In this document: positions 47,112 to 57,134 of the stretch, in pieces
Position numbering within the stretch: the stretch's first letter is position 1
How the letters are laid out: each line of letters opens with the position of its first letter
IMG/VR virus record: IMGVR_UViG_3300028394_000002
Span: 32,998-96,997 of that record
Strand: one strand, 5' to 3'
Origin: a virus
DNA: 64,000 bases
Position numbers and translations under genes: made by a program
Notes under the pieces: model-generated
Seen by the model: only the letters and a program-made list of their open reading frames with translations
Told to the model about the DNA's origin: nothing
Databases searched by the model: none

Positions 47112-47361
47112 ATATATTTAAATTACTGTATTGGTTAATTAAATAATCGTTTAGATTATCAACCATTTCTTCATATTCTGCAGCTATACTTTCTTTATAG
47201 ATATAACAATCATTAACCTCATCATAATCAAAGATTAATTCAGGGTCTTTATATTTATCTTTAATAAGTACATCAGCTAAATCTGAAGCTAAAGTAAAAC
47301 TATCTAAACTAATTGTTGTATTTTTAATTTGTTTTTCAGTGGCTTTACTCATTTGTATCAT
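47089..47361 (-). CDS. Acidic hypothetical protein
   Basis: 90-aa ORF overlapping its neighbours. Confidence 0.55.
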   Translation of the reverse strand: MIQMSKATEKQIKNTTISLDSFTLASDLADVLIKDKYKDPELIFDYDEVNDCYIYKESIAAEYEEMVDNLNDYLINQYSNLNIYGSGIKS

Positions 47362-47941
47362 TTATAGTATATATTGTAATAATTAATTGTCTTCTACCAT
47401 CTTCAGTAGGTATAAATCTTGTTGGTATTTCTTGAATAAATTCAGATGAGTCATCTGCACCTACAACTAGTTTTAAACAGTCTAATAATACCTTACGGTA
47501 TATTAAAGCTAGATTATCTATATCCCAGTTATTTCTATCAATACTTTTAACAAAAGTCATATCTACCCCAATTGGAAACAATTTAGGGTCTATTTTTTGT
47601 AAATCATTTAATTCATTAAGAAAGTATAATTTAACTTCTCTAGCAATTTTGGTTCTTAGATGAAAAGGTAATCCAACCCAAATATCTTGTCCAGATATCT
47701 TCTTCAACTTAGGAGTTCCAACACTTCTAACATTTTTAATTATTTTTTCACTACTTTCTTTATTAATTAATATACCTTCTTTGTTAAAACCATAGTCTTC
47801 TTTCTTATACTTCTTAGGTATAGGGACTCCGCGTTTATAAAAAGTAGGTCTTCTTTTGTTGCTAAGTGTAACATATTCTATATAGTTGTCTAAAACTTTT
47901 TGATATATTATACTTTTATCATCTATTTGGTAACCTCTCAT
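47345..47941 (-). CDS. RusA-like Holliday junction resolvase
   Basis: WDIDNL....K.LLD.L.....DD catalytic pattern. Confidence 0.65.
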   Translation of the reverse strand: MRGYQIDDKSIIYQKVLDNYIEYVTLSNKRRPTFYKRGVPIPKKYKKEDYGFNKEGILINKESSEKIIKNVRSVGTPKLKKISGQDIWVGLPFHLRTKIAREVKLYFLNELNDLQKIDPKLFPIGVDMTFVKSIDRNNWDIDNLALIYRKVLLDCLKLVVGADDSSEFIQEIPTRFIPTEDGRRQLIITIYTINDTNE

Positions 47942-47976
47942 ATACTTTCCTCATACTTTAATTAAGTATTATTGTA

Positions 47977-49026
47977 TTAGAGTAGGCTATCAATCAACAC
48001 TTTTGCTTCTCTTAATCCGAACTTTGCAGTATAATCACTAATATCTTTAGCTCCATATTCATCTGGTATGTATAAAGGTATAAAATCAGGAAAAGCTGAT
48101 ACTATTTCATTAGTACCAGCAATTCCAGCTTTATCATTATCATAAAAAGAATAGAAGTTTTTTAATCCAAGATTTTTTAGTTTCAAATATAACTCAAAAG
48201 TAAAAGGATTAGTTTCACCTTGTAAACTTATAGCTTGATAACCCAATTTGTATAGACACATAACATCTTTTAGACTCTTGGTTACTATAATAGTATCAAA
48301 TGTAGATTTCTCATAATTTGATATTTCTTGACTGAACACGTTGGTCACTAGAACATTATATCCTTCTATATCATTTTGATTACCAGAAAACAGCCATTTA
48401 GTTTTCTTGTTTTTAGTTAAAGGGCAATAGATTTTATAAGTTTTATCAAATTGATAAGCATACACAGGGTTTTTATTGTTATAAATTCTGCATAAACTAC
48501 CATTTAACCAAACATATTTACAACTCTTTACATTAAATAATTTTAAAGTATTTTCATCTATACCATATAGACTCCAATAATCTAAATCTACTTTAGTAAA
48601 AGGTTGCTCTTCTATTGTAATGACATTCTTCTTAGGTTTGATCAGATGTGTTATTTCTGTTACAGGTTGACTTTGATGTAAAGTATTGCTGGTAGTAATA
48701 GGTTTTTCTGACTTACTAATAAGATTAAAATCATTAGAAATTATCCTTAAAGCTTCTTGGAAGTTACAATTATATAATTTTTCTACTATATTGAAACAAT
48801 CAAATATTTCTTTAGTACCAAAATCTTTAGCTGTAAATTTACTTCCATTATATTTTATTCCAAAACTTGGATTTTTATCCTCTCTAAAAGGACTAGATAT
48901 TAAGTTACTATACGCTAATTTAATATTAAGATAGTACTCAATAATTTGTTGATCTGATAGCCTACTTAATACAAAATCTTTAGTTATGTAGGAGTCTTCA
49001 GAATTTATCATTGAAAAATCGAACAT
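47977..49026 (-). CDS. DnaG-like primase (crAss-type)
   Basis: SPFREDKNPSF/KDFG N-terminal domain; TOPRIM-like TKSLKDVM...YDNDKAG...KDISD. Confidence 0.85.
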   Translation of the reverse strand: MFDFSMINSEDSYITKDFVLSRLSDQQIIEYYLNIKLAYSNLISSPFREDKNPSFGIKYNGSKFTAKDFGTKEIFDCFNIVEKLYNCNFQEALRIISNDFNLISKSEKPITTSNTLHQSQPVTEITHLIKPKKNVITIEEQPFTKVDLDYWSLYGIDENTLKLFNVKSCKYVWLNGSLCRIYNNKNPVYAYQFDKTYKIYCPLTKNKKTKWLFSGNQNDIEGYNVLVTNVFSQEISNYEKSTFDTIIVTKSLKDVMCLYKLGYQAISLQGETNPFTFELYLKLKNLGLKNFYSFYDNDKAGIAGTNEIVSAFPDFIPLYIPDEYGAKDISDYTAKFGLREAKVLIDSLL

Positions 49027-49060
49027 AACTAAGATTTTATTTGTTATTAATTAATTAAAT

Positions 49061-49606
49061 TTAGAATGGTAAGTCATCTGTTTTAGCTAATTGAGGTGCA
49101 TTACCATCAATAGTTGCTTGGTTAACTTTCTTTAGGTCATACTGATTATTAGTATCATAAACTAAAGCACTCATTTCTTTAGAGGTAGTCATTGCTTCTG
49201 CAAAGTTAGGTAAACCTAGTACAGTTTTTACGTATACTTTACCATCTCTACTAGAAACAAATTCTTCACCTGTAAATTTAATTCTTAAAGTTTGACCTTT
49301 AAGTATTTTGTTAACATCGTCAATTGAAGTTGCTGCATTAACTACATCTTCTGATGCAGATTTAGTCATTAAATGCTTTAGTTTTCGCATTGTATACTGA
49401 GGTGCCCCTCCTTCCATTGACATGTCAATTGTTAACTCTGCACCATCAGCACTAGTAAAAGGTACTCGAATTACCTTCTTACCTTTATCTGTAGTAGTTT
49501 CAGTTACTGACCCAATAGTAACATTTTCATTTACTCCTGGACGGATTACTGGTTTTACTTCTTTTGATGATTGTACTTCTGCAAAGTTAAATGTTGTTTC
49601 GCTCAT
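49061..49606 (-). CDS. Single-stranded DNA-binding protein
   Basis: OB-like beta pattern; acidic tail DDLPF; lies between the primase and annealing-protein genes. Confidence 0.7.
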   Translation of the reverse strand: MSETTFNFAEVQSSKEVKPVIRPGVNENVTIGSVTETTTDKGKKVIRVPFTSADGAELTIDMSMEGGAPQYTMRKLKHLMTKSASEDVVNAATSIDDVNKILKGQTLRIKFTGEEFVSSRDGKVYVKTVLGLPNFAEAMTTSKEMSALVYDTNNQYDLKKVNQATIDGNAPQLAKTDDLPF

Positions 49607-49677
49607 ATATTTATCGTATTATGTTTGTTGTGGTTAAAGGAATATGTTTATTATTTGTAATCTTGTATATAGTAAAG

Positions 49678-50289
49678 TTATTGTATAACAATAGCATCAC
49701 CATCTTCTGTAATTTCTATCTGAGGGGAATTAGGAGTAAAACTCGCTAATTCTTCAGTTGTATAAAGGCCATTAATTAAATCAGGGGCAACTCTATTAGC
49801 ACCTTTAGAATAACACCTCCAATACTGCATAACAGCAGGCTGCTTTTTCCAATTGTCCTTATTAGTTAATCCTAATCTCTCAGCATCTCTATAGGTATAA
49901 GATACATCTTCTTCTATCCCATCTCGATAGAATCTAATAGTTGTAATATAATCAACTTTAGCTCCTTTCTCGTCTAAGATAGGTTCAAAATCTTTTATAG
50001 TTTTGGTTCTTACACCTCCCTTTCTGATAAGGCTAGCCATACCTTTTGGTTTTAATGCTGGCTTACCCATTATCACATCTATGAGCTCAAAAGAAGCCAT
50101 AGTTTCAAGTCCTAATTCCTTACCTTTCAAAGCTATAACAACAGCTTGTTCTGGCTTCTTAATTGAACTTGGTAATAACCCGCTTGCAATCCATGTTTCA
50201 GCTTTTACTAATAAGTCAGCTTGTGCTGATTCATCATACTTTTGTAAACTTGCTGTAACCCCATTTTTTTCTTTTTCTTCTTCTTGCAT
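49678..50289 (-). CDS. RecT/Red-beta-like ssDNA annealing protein
   Basis: GKELGL, I.GKP, AERLGL..KDNWKKQP..M and PD...GLYT.EE motifs. Confidence 0.75.
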   Translation of the reverse strand: MQEEEKEKNGVTASLQKYDESAQADLLVKAETWIASGLLPSSIKKPEQAVVIALKGKELGLETMASFELIDVIMGKPALKPKGMASLIRKGGVRTKTIKDFEPILDEKGAKVDYITTIRFYRDGIEEDVSYTYRDAERLGLTNKDNWKKQPAVMQYWRCYSKGANRVAPDLINGLYTTEELASFTPNSPQIEITEDGDAIVIQ

Positions 50290-50293
50290 CTAG

Positions 50294-51346
50294 TTATTTT
50301 AATTTGTTTAAATACTCTTTGTATAGGTCTTCGGTCATTTCAGCAGCTTTAGGTAATTCTATAAATGTGCCAGCTTTAGGATTAAAAAGAGTTCCTATTG
50401 CTATATTATCAACAGATAATCTGTTTTTAATAATCTTTAACATCACAAAATTACTTTTAAAGTCATTTAGTTTGTAATTAAGACTCTCTCTCATATCAAG
50501 TTTCCAAGGATTTAGAAGTCCTATAACAACATCACTATCGTCATAAGGATTCCTAGTATTTTTGAAATCTGATTGTTGCGGAGATAAATCTACACCTTTA
50601 AACTTACTCCTTTCTACACTAGATAGTGAGTCATTAAACTGACTAATGTTAAAGAAACTAATACCAAATTGGTTACTTAGTTGTACGCAGTACTCAGACC
50701 ACTTATCAATATTTTCTTTTACAGAGAAACCCCTTTCAAGACTTAATAAAGATATATGATCTACTATTACTAAACATTGCCAATCTGGGTTAGTTGGTTT
50801 AAAACTAACTATTTTTTTCTTAACATTTCCTTCAGAATCTGTGTAATTTTCATAAGTAAATTTACCATGATCTGCGCCAAATTTCCATAAAGTATGATAC
50901 ATACCTGTTGGATTCTCTGGTTTAAAATAGAAATTTATCTTACTAAACATTTCTTCCATATAAGGAATTTCAGCATTAACTAGTCCTAACTCATAAGAAT
51001 TTAACCTATTTTGACCTAAACCTTTTATCCTCTCAGGAGGAATAGTAACACCATACTTATTAAATATAATAGTACTTAACCAGTTACACTGCTTAGTTAC
51101 TTTGTCTATTTCATAAGAATAGTAAAATACATCTAGTTCTATATTTTTAGCTTTTGCATCTTGTATTGCATTACTAACCATATAATCACATAATGTTGTT
51201 TTACCTGTACCACTATTCCCTCCTATAAGAGTTTTACACTTTCTTTGTACACCAAAGATGTAGTTATTTAGCCTATTAAAGCCATTAGATAACCCTTCAT
51301 ACTTCCCATCTAAACCCTCGTCTATCCGTAACTTTAAATCGCTCAT
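50294..51346 (-). CDS. DnaB-like (SF4) replicative helicase
   Basis: Walker A GNSGTGKT; SYE, IVDH, ISQFN, DSDVVIGL and IIKNR motifs. Confidence 0.85.
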   Translation of the reverse strand: MSDLKLRIDEGLDGKYEGLSNGFNRLNNYIFGVQRKCKTLIGGNSGTGKTTLCDYMVSNAIQDAKAKNIELDVFYYSYEIDKVTKQCNWLSTIIFNKYGVTIPPERIKGLGQNRLNSYELGLVNAEIPYMEEMFSKINFYFKPENPTGMYHTLWKFGADHGKFTYENYTDSEGNVKKKIVSFKPTNPDWQCLVIVDHISLLSLERGFSVKENIDKWSEYCVQLSNQFGISFFNISQFNDSLSSVERSKFKGVDLSPQQSDFKNTRNPYDDSDVVIGLLNPWKLDMRESLNYKLNDFKSNFVMLKIIKNRLSVDNIAIGTLFNPKAGTFIELPKAAEMTEDLYKEYLNKLK

Positions 51347-51350
51347 CTAA

Positions 51351-51989
51351 CTATATTCCAGTTAATTCATTAGTTGAATAAGTATCTTGATTATTGTTTA
51401 CACCTTGGACATAGGCTTCACAAGCTCCGCTCAACATACTTATTCCATCTTTATAGATAAAATTAGGCGCAAGTTTCATCATTGAATAATTCTTACTTTT
51501 CATATCCTCAATATAGTTCTTGGTGGCTTCAAGAATTATATCTTTGGTAAATTCAGAATTATCTACTAAAAACTTGTACATCTTTTTATCACAATCTTTT
51601 ATAGAGGTTCTAACATAGTAGCCTCCTGATTTAATACCTTTAGGAAATAAATCATACCAATCTTCTATCCAAAGTATTTTGTACTTAGGTAAAATAGATT
51701 CATTACTAGGAGTACTAGTAGACTCTTTAAAGAATCTTTCAATACCTAATTTAGTAATAAATAAATTATCATTAGTAAAATCTGTATATCTACTAGTACC
51801 TTCAAGTAGCTCAACTCTAGCTAAAAACCCTAGATGAATTAATTTTTGAATACCTTGATGACTATCATAAATTTCTACTTTATTATATTCTTCAGCATAT
51901 TGTTTATCTCCATGAAATAAACTATATAGAAGAATATATTGAGAGAAATCTATATCATTATCTCTTAGTTTTTTTAAAAGTTCTTTCAT
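51351..51989 (-). CDS. Replication initiator/helicase-loader-like protein
   Basis: wHTH-like N-terminus; WYDLFPK...ILEATKNY...NFI C-terminal domain; upstream of the helicase. Confidence 0.45.
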   Translation of the reverse strand: MKELLKKLRDNDIDFSQYILLYSLFHGDKQYAEEYNKVEIYDSHQGIQKLIHLGFLARVELLEGTSRYTDFTNDNLFITKLGIERFFKESTSTPSNESILPKYKILWIEDWYDLFPKGIKSGGYYVRTSIKDCDKKMYKFLVDNSEFTKDIILEATKNYIEDMKSKNYSMMKLAPNFIYKDGISMLSGACEAYVQGVNNNQDTYSTNELTGI

Positions 51990-51993
51990 TTAA

Positions 51994-53148
51994 TTAAAGA
52001 CCTCTAAACATTACTATTTGATCAGAACTCTCTTCACTCATTAAATCTTGGCCTAATAGACTATCTAACTTTTCTAAAGTAATAGTATCTAAATCATAAG
52101 AATCCCCATTAAAATCAAAATATACCCCATTGTCATAGTCTATATAATCTTCATATGTAGTAGATTCAAGTGAACTTATATTAAAATCATCATCGTTTAA
52201 GAAAAACTCAGGAAGAGGAGGTGTTGTATAATTTCCATAAAGATTACTTCCAATTGTTCTATAATTTTCTGTAGTAACTTTAGGCTTACTAGTATTTTCT
52301 AAGAATGTATTAAATAACCTAACACGCTGCCATTTAAACTTATCTCTATTCTTTTCTATTAAGTCATCAGGTAATACCCCACTTTCAAGTTTATAGATTT
52401 TATCATTTAAATCTATAATCTTACTTTTAATTAGATCCAAATTAATAATAGCCTTGTTTCTATCATACACCATTTTATGATATTCTGGATTAGTTTTAAC
52501 TAGATTATCTAAAGTGTCACTAACCTGCTCTATCTCCATATCCAGGTCTTTAAAACTATCTAAAATCTCTTTTCTAGCAGCTTTGTAATTCTGAGTACTA
52601 CTATTTAATTCTAAATAGATATGATCTTTATCATAGTACATATTTGTTTGATCTGAATCTAAACTAGGTAGGAAAAATGATACATACATCCTAAATCCTA
52701 ACTTTGCTCTAATAGCACTATCAATAGCATGGCCACTATGATTATATGCCATTAGATTTAAATTAGTTATATTAACTATTTTAATAGGTACTATAATAAC
52801 ATTGTTATTTAAAGCTTTTATAAATGAGTTTATAAAATCTTCATTAAAAATAGATTTTTTATATAACTCTATATTAGTTAAAACTTCAAAGGGTAAGCCA
52901 CTAGTATTAGTAACATACCAAACTAATTTAAATAATTCACCTAATAAACTACCATCTGATTTATTTTTAATAGAGCCTTTTGTTGGTTTTTTTTCAGGCT
53001 CCTCTTTTATAGAAAATCTTTCTGCTATACCTAGACTAGTAGCAGCACTTGTCCATTTATGAAGTCGCTCCATATTACCAGCTAATATCTGATCAGCCAT
53101 TTGATCTACGTTATTTGACACATATTTTTTTACTTTTTCTTCGCTCAT
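51994..53148 (-). CDS. Hypothetical protein
   Basis: 384-aa ORF with an acidic C-terminus. Confidence 0.7.
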   Translation of the reverse strand: MSEEKVKKYVSNNVDQMADQILAGNMERLHKWTSAATSLGIAERFSIKEEPEKKPTKGSIKNKSDGSLLGELFKLVWYVTNTSGLPFEVLTNIELYKKSIFNEDFINSFIKALNNNVIIVPIKIVNITNLNLMAYNHSGHAIDSAIRAKLGFRMYVSFFLPSLDSDQTNMYYDKDHIYLELNSSTQNYKAARKEILDSFKDLDMEIEQVSDTLDNLVKTNPEYHKMVYDRNKAIINLDLIKSKIIDLNDKIYKLESGVLPDDLIEKNRDKFKWQRVRLFNTFLENTSKPKVTTENYRTIGSNLYGNYTTPPLPEFFLNDDDFNISSLESTTYEDYIDYDNGVYFDFNGDSYDLDTITLEKLDSLLGQDLMSEESSDQIVMFRGL

Positions 53149-53152
53149 ATTA

Positions 53153-53566
53153 TTATCCCTCCATTAATTCAAGATCCCTTGTATTTATAATATTTAAATA
53201 TTCTTCTAACTCAGTATTAGTTTCATAAACCCCTATAAAATAATCATCTTCAATTATAGTAATTAATTTATGTGTATCATAATATAAACTTGGAGTTTTA
53301 ATTAAAACACTACTAATTATAAGTAACAACTCTTTTTTAGTTAGAGCCTCATAATTTCTACCCATGTGATAGGAATTAGATAACTCTTGGTCAAGCTTTT
53401 CTAATGTATTATAATAACTTATAGGCATGTAAGTTACTGTAGGTTTATATTCATCATCTGTAGAAGTTAAAACTTCTTCAATTGTAAAATCAAAAGAAGT
53501 TTTAACTATCTTAGAAACGTCTATACTACCTTTTAAAGCATCTTTTTTTGTTGTATTTATTACCAT
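53153..53566 (-). CDS. Hypothetical protein
   Basis: 137-aa ORF in the operon. Confidence 0.65.
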   Translation of the reverse strand: MVINTTKKDALKGSIDVSKIVKTSFDFTIEEVLTSTDDEYKPTVTYMPISYYNTLEKLDQELSNSYHMGRNYEALTKKELLLIISSVLIKTPSLYYDTHKLITIIEDDYFIGVYETNTELEEYLNIINTRDLELMEG

Positions 53567-53568
53567 AA

Positions 53569-55311
53569 TTAGTCCATTATTCTAGCTAAATGATTATCAA
53601 TAAGAGTGTAAGGTTCATCAAATAAAGATTCTTTAGGACCTGCTAAGTTTAATTTTTTATTAGCTTTAGCATCTAAAATATCTTTTACAAAGTTATTATA
53701 AAATTCAACTAGAGCTATACCATTATAATGATTCTTAACAAAATTATAAGCTTTATCTGTTGCATAACCTTTTAAAGATTTTTCTTTATTTACTTGTGTT
53801 TGAATGCTAAATGTAAGATTTTTAAGAGTCTTACTTTTATTTAAAGAAATCTCAATTCCAAATCTTTCAACTAGCTTCATATAATCTCTGTAAACAGGAA
53901 TCATAGAATGTTTAGGCCTAATTTTAAAATTATTACCAATTTGATCATGAGTTCTAATTACATACTCAGTATAATCATCATCACTAATGTTAGACTCTCC
54001 ATAAATAGTACCTCTTATATATACATTATCTAAAGTTACTGTACCTACAGTAAATTGAGTATCAGGAGGAAATATTAAATTATTTCTAGCCTCTTCCTGT
54101 ATATTAACAAGTGTAAAATGCTTACAGTTTTCATTAGTTAACTTAATAGGTAAACTAAAATCAGCTGCAATAGCATACTTACTATTTAAAGCTACATCAT
54201 CTTTAGAGGTTACTTTAATAACCTTATCTAACGGGCCTAAATTTAAGTTGTGACGCTTATTATACTTAGTATTAAAGTACTCAGCTTTATTAGAATGTCT
54301 ACCAATAGGTATAACTTTAACTTCTATTTTAGGTAGCTTTAATTCGTACTCAAAACTAGAGTTAACTAATTTCCTAACTACAGCTACTTGTGCTTTAGAG
54401 ATAATTTCTAATTCTTCAACAACAGGTTCAGAATCTGTATTAATACTAGTTCTTTCTAGCCAATCATTAAAAAGTTTTTCATCATCAGTTTCAGAACCAA
54501 GATTAAAATTCGTTTGTTGATCGCTTAAATTAAACCCTGTGTTAATACCGCAAAAACTAGGAAAATTTTCTTCTTCCTCATCTTCAATATCAACAAGATT
54601 ATGAAATTTATTACGAAGTAAGTTTGATTCAGAGCCTCTATTAGAGCTACCTCCTCTATCTTCAGTATAACTTTTATACCCACTATTAGAGAATAGATAA
54701 CCTTCATCATTTATAAAGGTACCTAAAATAATCATCTCTCTATCAGGAAACATAAAACAAACTTTCTCACCTTTTAATGAGTTAGCTAATGTTAAATTAG
54801 TAGCTATAAGTGCATGAGGAGCATTTTTTAGAGCTTCAATTTGTTTATCTGATCTAAAATAACTTAATCCCCAATTATAAGTATCACTTAAACCCTCATC
54901 AAAACATTCATACTCATATCCAGAAAATATACCATTATGAGCAAATATACCTGTTTTTACATCATCATCTTCTGTAGTTAATTCAGAAACTATGCCTATT
55001 CTACTCATAGTACTCTTTTCTCCTAGTATATATGGATGTTGATTATATATGGTTCTAGAACCGTTTGTACCCCATCTTAAATGAACTAATACTTCATCTT
55101 CAGCTTGTATGTCTTGACTCTTTAACCATCTGTAAAAATCCTGTTTACTGTGGTTATAATGCCCTTTACTCATTCTAAGTATATGAGAGGAGCTTTTTCT
55201 TACAGCTCCTCCTATACCATCTCTGTTAGTAACAATACCAGATTCAATTGCACTAAGCATGAATTTATGGTCATAAGCTACTCCAGAGGGTTTCATCATT
55301 AATAAACACAT
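53569..55311 (-). CDS. Class II (Ntn) glutamine amidotransferase with a long C-terminal extension
   Basis: Cys2 nucleophile (MCLL); NRDGIG, HLRWGT.G, HPY, HNG and SDT motifs. Confidence 0.85.
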   Translation of the reverse strand: MCLLMMKPSGVAYDHKFMLSAIESGIVTNRDGIGGAVRKSSSHILRMSKGHYNHSKQDFYRWLKSQDIQAEDEVLVHLRWGTNGSRTIYNQHPYILGEKSTMSRIGIVSELTTEDDDVKTGIFAHNGIFSGYEYECFDEGLSDTYNWGLSYFRSDKQIEALKNAPHALIATNLTLANSLKGEKVCFMFPDREMIILGTFINDEGYLFSNSGYKSYTEDRGGSSNRGSESNLLRNKFHNLVDIEDEEEENFPSFCGINTGFNLSDQQTNFNLGSETDDEKLFNDWLERTSINTDSEPVVEELEIISKAQVAVVRKLVNSSFEYELKLPKIEVKVIPIGRHSNKAEYFNTKYNKRHNLNLGPLDKVIKVTSKDDVALNSKYAIAADFSLPIKLTNENCKHFTLVNIQEEARNNLIFPPDTQFTVGTVTLDNVYIRGTIYGESNISDDDYTEYVIRTHDQIGNNFKIRPKHSMIPVYRDYMKLVERFGIEISLNKSKTLKNLTFSIQTQVNKEKSLKGYATDKAYNFVKNHYNGIALVEFYNNFVKDILDAKANKKLNLAGPKESLFDEPYTLIDNHLARIMD

Positions 55312-57134
55312 TATATTAGTTGTTTAAGTTTTAGATTAACATTAACTTCATTTTCATTTTTAATATCCTCTAAATCTACATCTTTGAATAATTCTGTCCT
55401 AATATCAATAAATTCATTAATAATTCTATATGATTTAGGATATACCTTATTCATAATATTTTTTAATGTTAGAGGCAATACTTCACCTTTTAAAGTTACT
55501 GTATTACTCATTATATCACTATGACAGTTTTCAGCAAAGCTTACTAACGCCATACAAATCTTTAACCAATTTTTAATTTTGATAAAGTTAGTACTAGCAT
55601 TGAAGCATCTAAATTCAATTGTGTTAGATGGAGGATTAGTCAATCTTGTATTAAATAGTGCAGGTATAAAATTAGCCCAGCAATATCTAATATTAGTTTG
55701 ATCGTAATTTACTTTAGCCCCTTTAGGATGATTTTTGGTTTTATTCAATTTATCACTTGGAGGGGAATCAGCAGCTTTAGTAAAAAGTTCAGTATAATAG
55801 TTATCTACTCTAATTTTCATATCCATAATGGTGTTACAACCATCAAAATTAAAATCTAGATTAGGTAATCTTCTACAATACTTGTTTTCTCTTCTACTTT
55901 TAGGTAACATATTGAAGATATCCTCTTCTAAATGTTTTAGCAGCTTAAATAATAGCACTATATTTGTACTATTGAAATCAGCGGAACCTATGTGAGTGTG
56001 TATACCACATGTGTGATTTACTTCACCCTTATTAGCTAACTCATTACAAAGAGCTTGTAAATGAGCAAATCCATGATCACCTTTTAATACCCCAGTTATA
56101 ATTTCAGGACCGTATTTCTCACCTCTAGAGTTTGTAATACTACCATCTTTCTCAACCATAATATTATAATCTTGCATCATAGTAGGAGTAAAGGTACAAT
56201 CAGCCATCTCAATTTCCACACCAAAAGTATATTTCAAGCCTTCAGTTATTAAATTAGTTGGAGAATCTAATCCAAATTTGTAATTAAAATCTTTATTAAA
56301 AGGGTTATGTCTTTTAAAGTTTTTAAACTCAGGAAAGTAATAACCATTATCATATTGACGATATCCATCACTCTTTAGCTTAGATTTAAGAATTAATTGC
56401 CCAGATCTAGGACCAATAATAAATTTATCAGAATGATCTTTTAATATTTCATCACCATTTAATAAATAAACTATTTCAGAACTATAAGCACTGCTAAGAA
56501 CTTTAAGATTACAACTAATAAGCTTTTCTTTAGCGCCTCTATTAACTGGAACATTCTCTGCTGAAAATTGTGTTTCTGATATTTGAGTTACTTTAAAAGC
56601 ATACATTTTATACTCACTAACATAAAGTTGATTATCATAAAAGCACTTAAAATGATTTGTATGGGCTAATTCAGTATTTAAAACCCATTTAAAAGAATTT
56701 TCTTGGTTATTAATTAGAATTTTAGTACATAAAGATTTAATTACAAGTTTCTTATCAGCTAAAATCATATCTTGAATATAACCTTTATTACCGAAATGAT
56801 CTGTTACTAACTGATCTTCTTTAGCTTCAAATACTCTAGGACAACCTCTATGAACATATTTTTTTATATCTTTTTTATAATAAAAAGATTTAATAGATTC
56901 AACTCTAAATAATCCTATCCCCTCTTTACGATTAAAACATGTAATTGCTATGTCACCTCCCAAACCATGCATAAAACTAACTATTTCATACTTTTTAGGT
57001 TTATTATTTGACTCTTCTAAATCACCAACTAATTCTACAAAATCTCCGATAAAGTATTTTTCCTTACCTCTTTTTAGATATTTAAATCCATTAATTTGTT
57101 CTAAGCTAGCAAGGACTCTTTCTTTTTCTTCCAT
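55311..57134 (-). CDS. Putative amidoligase (Amidoligase_2, glutamine synthetase-like COOH-NH2 ligase fold)
   Basis: TFGVEIE, DGS, PEIIT, TCGIHTHIG, SRR...YC, RY...N and TIEFR motifs. Confidence 0.88.
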   Translation of the reverse strand: MEEKERVLASLEQINGFKYLKRGKEKYFIGDFVELVGDLEESNNKPKKYEIVSFMHGLGGDIAITCFNRKEGIGLFRVESIKSFYYKKDIKKYVHRGCPRVFEAKEDQLVTDHFGNKGYIQDMILADKKLVIKSLCTKILINNQENSFKWVLNTELAHTNHFKCFYDNQLYVSEYKMYAFKVTQISETQFSAENVPVNRGAKEKLISCNLKVLSSAYSSEIVYLLNGDEILKDHSDKFIIGPRSGQLILKSKLKSDGYRQYDNGYYFPEFKNFKRHNPFNKDFNYKFGLDSPTNLITEGLKYTFGVEIEMADCTFTPTMMQDYNIMVEKDGSITNSRGEKYGPEIITGVLKGDHGFAHLQALCNELANKGEVNHTCGIHTHIGSADFNSTNIVLLFKLLKHLEEDIFNMLPKSRRENKYCRRLPNLDFNFDGCNTIMDMKIRVDNYYTELFTKAADSPPSDKLNKTKNHPKGAKVNYDQTNIRYCWANFIPALFNTRLTNPPSNTIEFRCFNASTNFIKIKNWLKICMALVSFAENCHSDIMSNTVTLKGEVLPLTLKNIMNKVYPKSYRIINEFIDIRTELFKDVDLEDIKNENEVNVNLKLKQLI

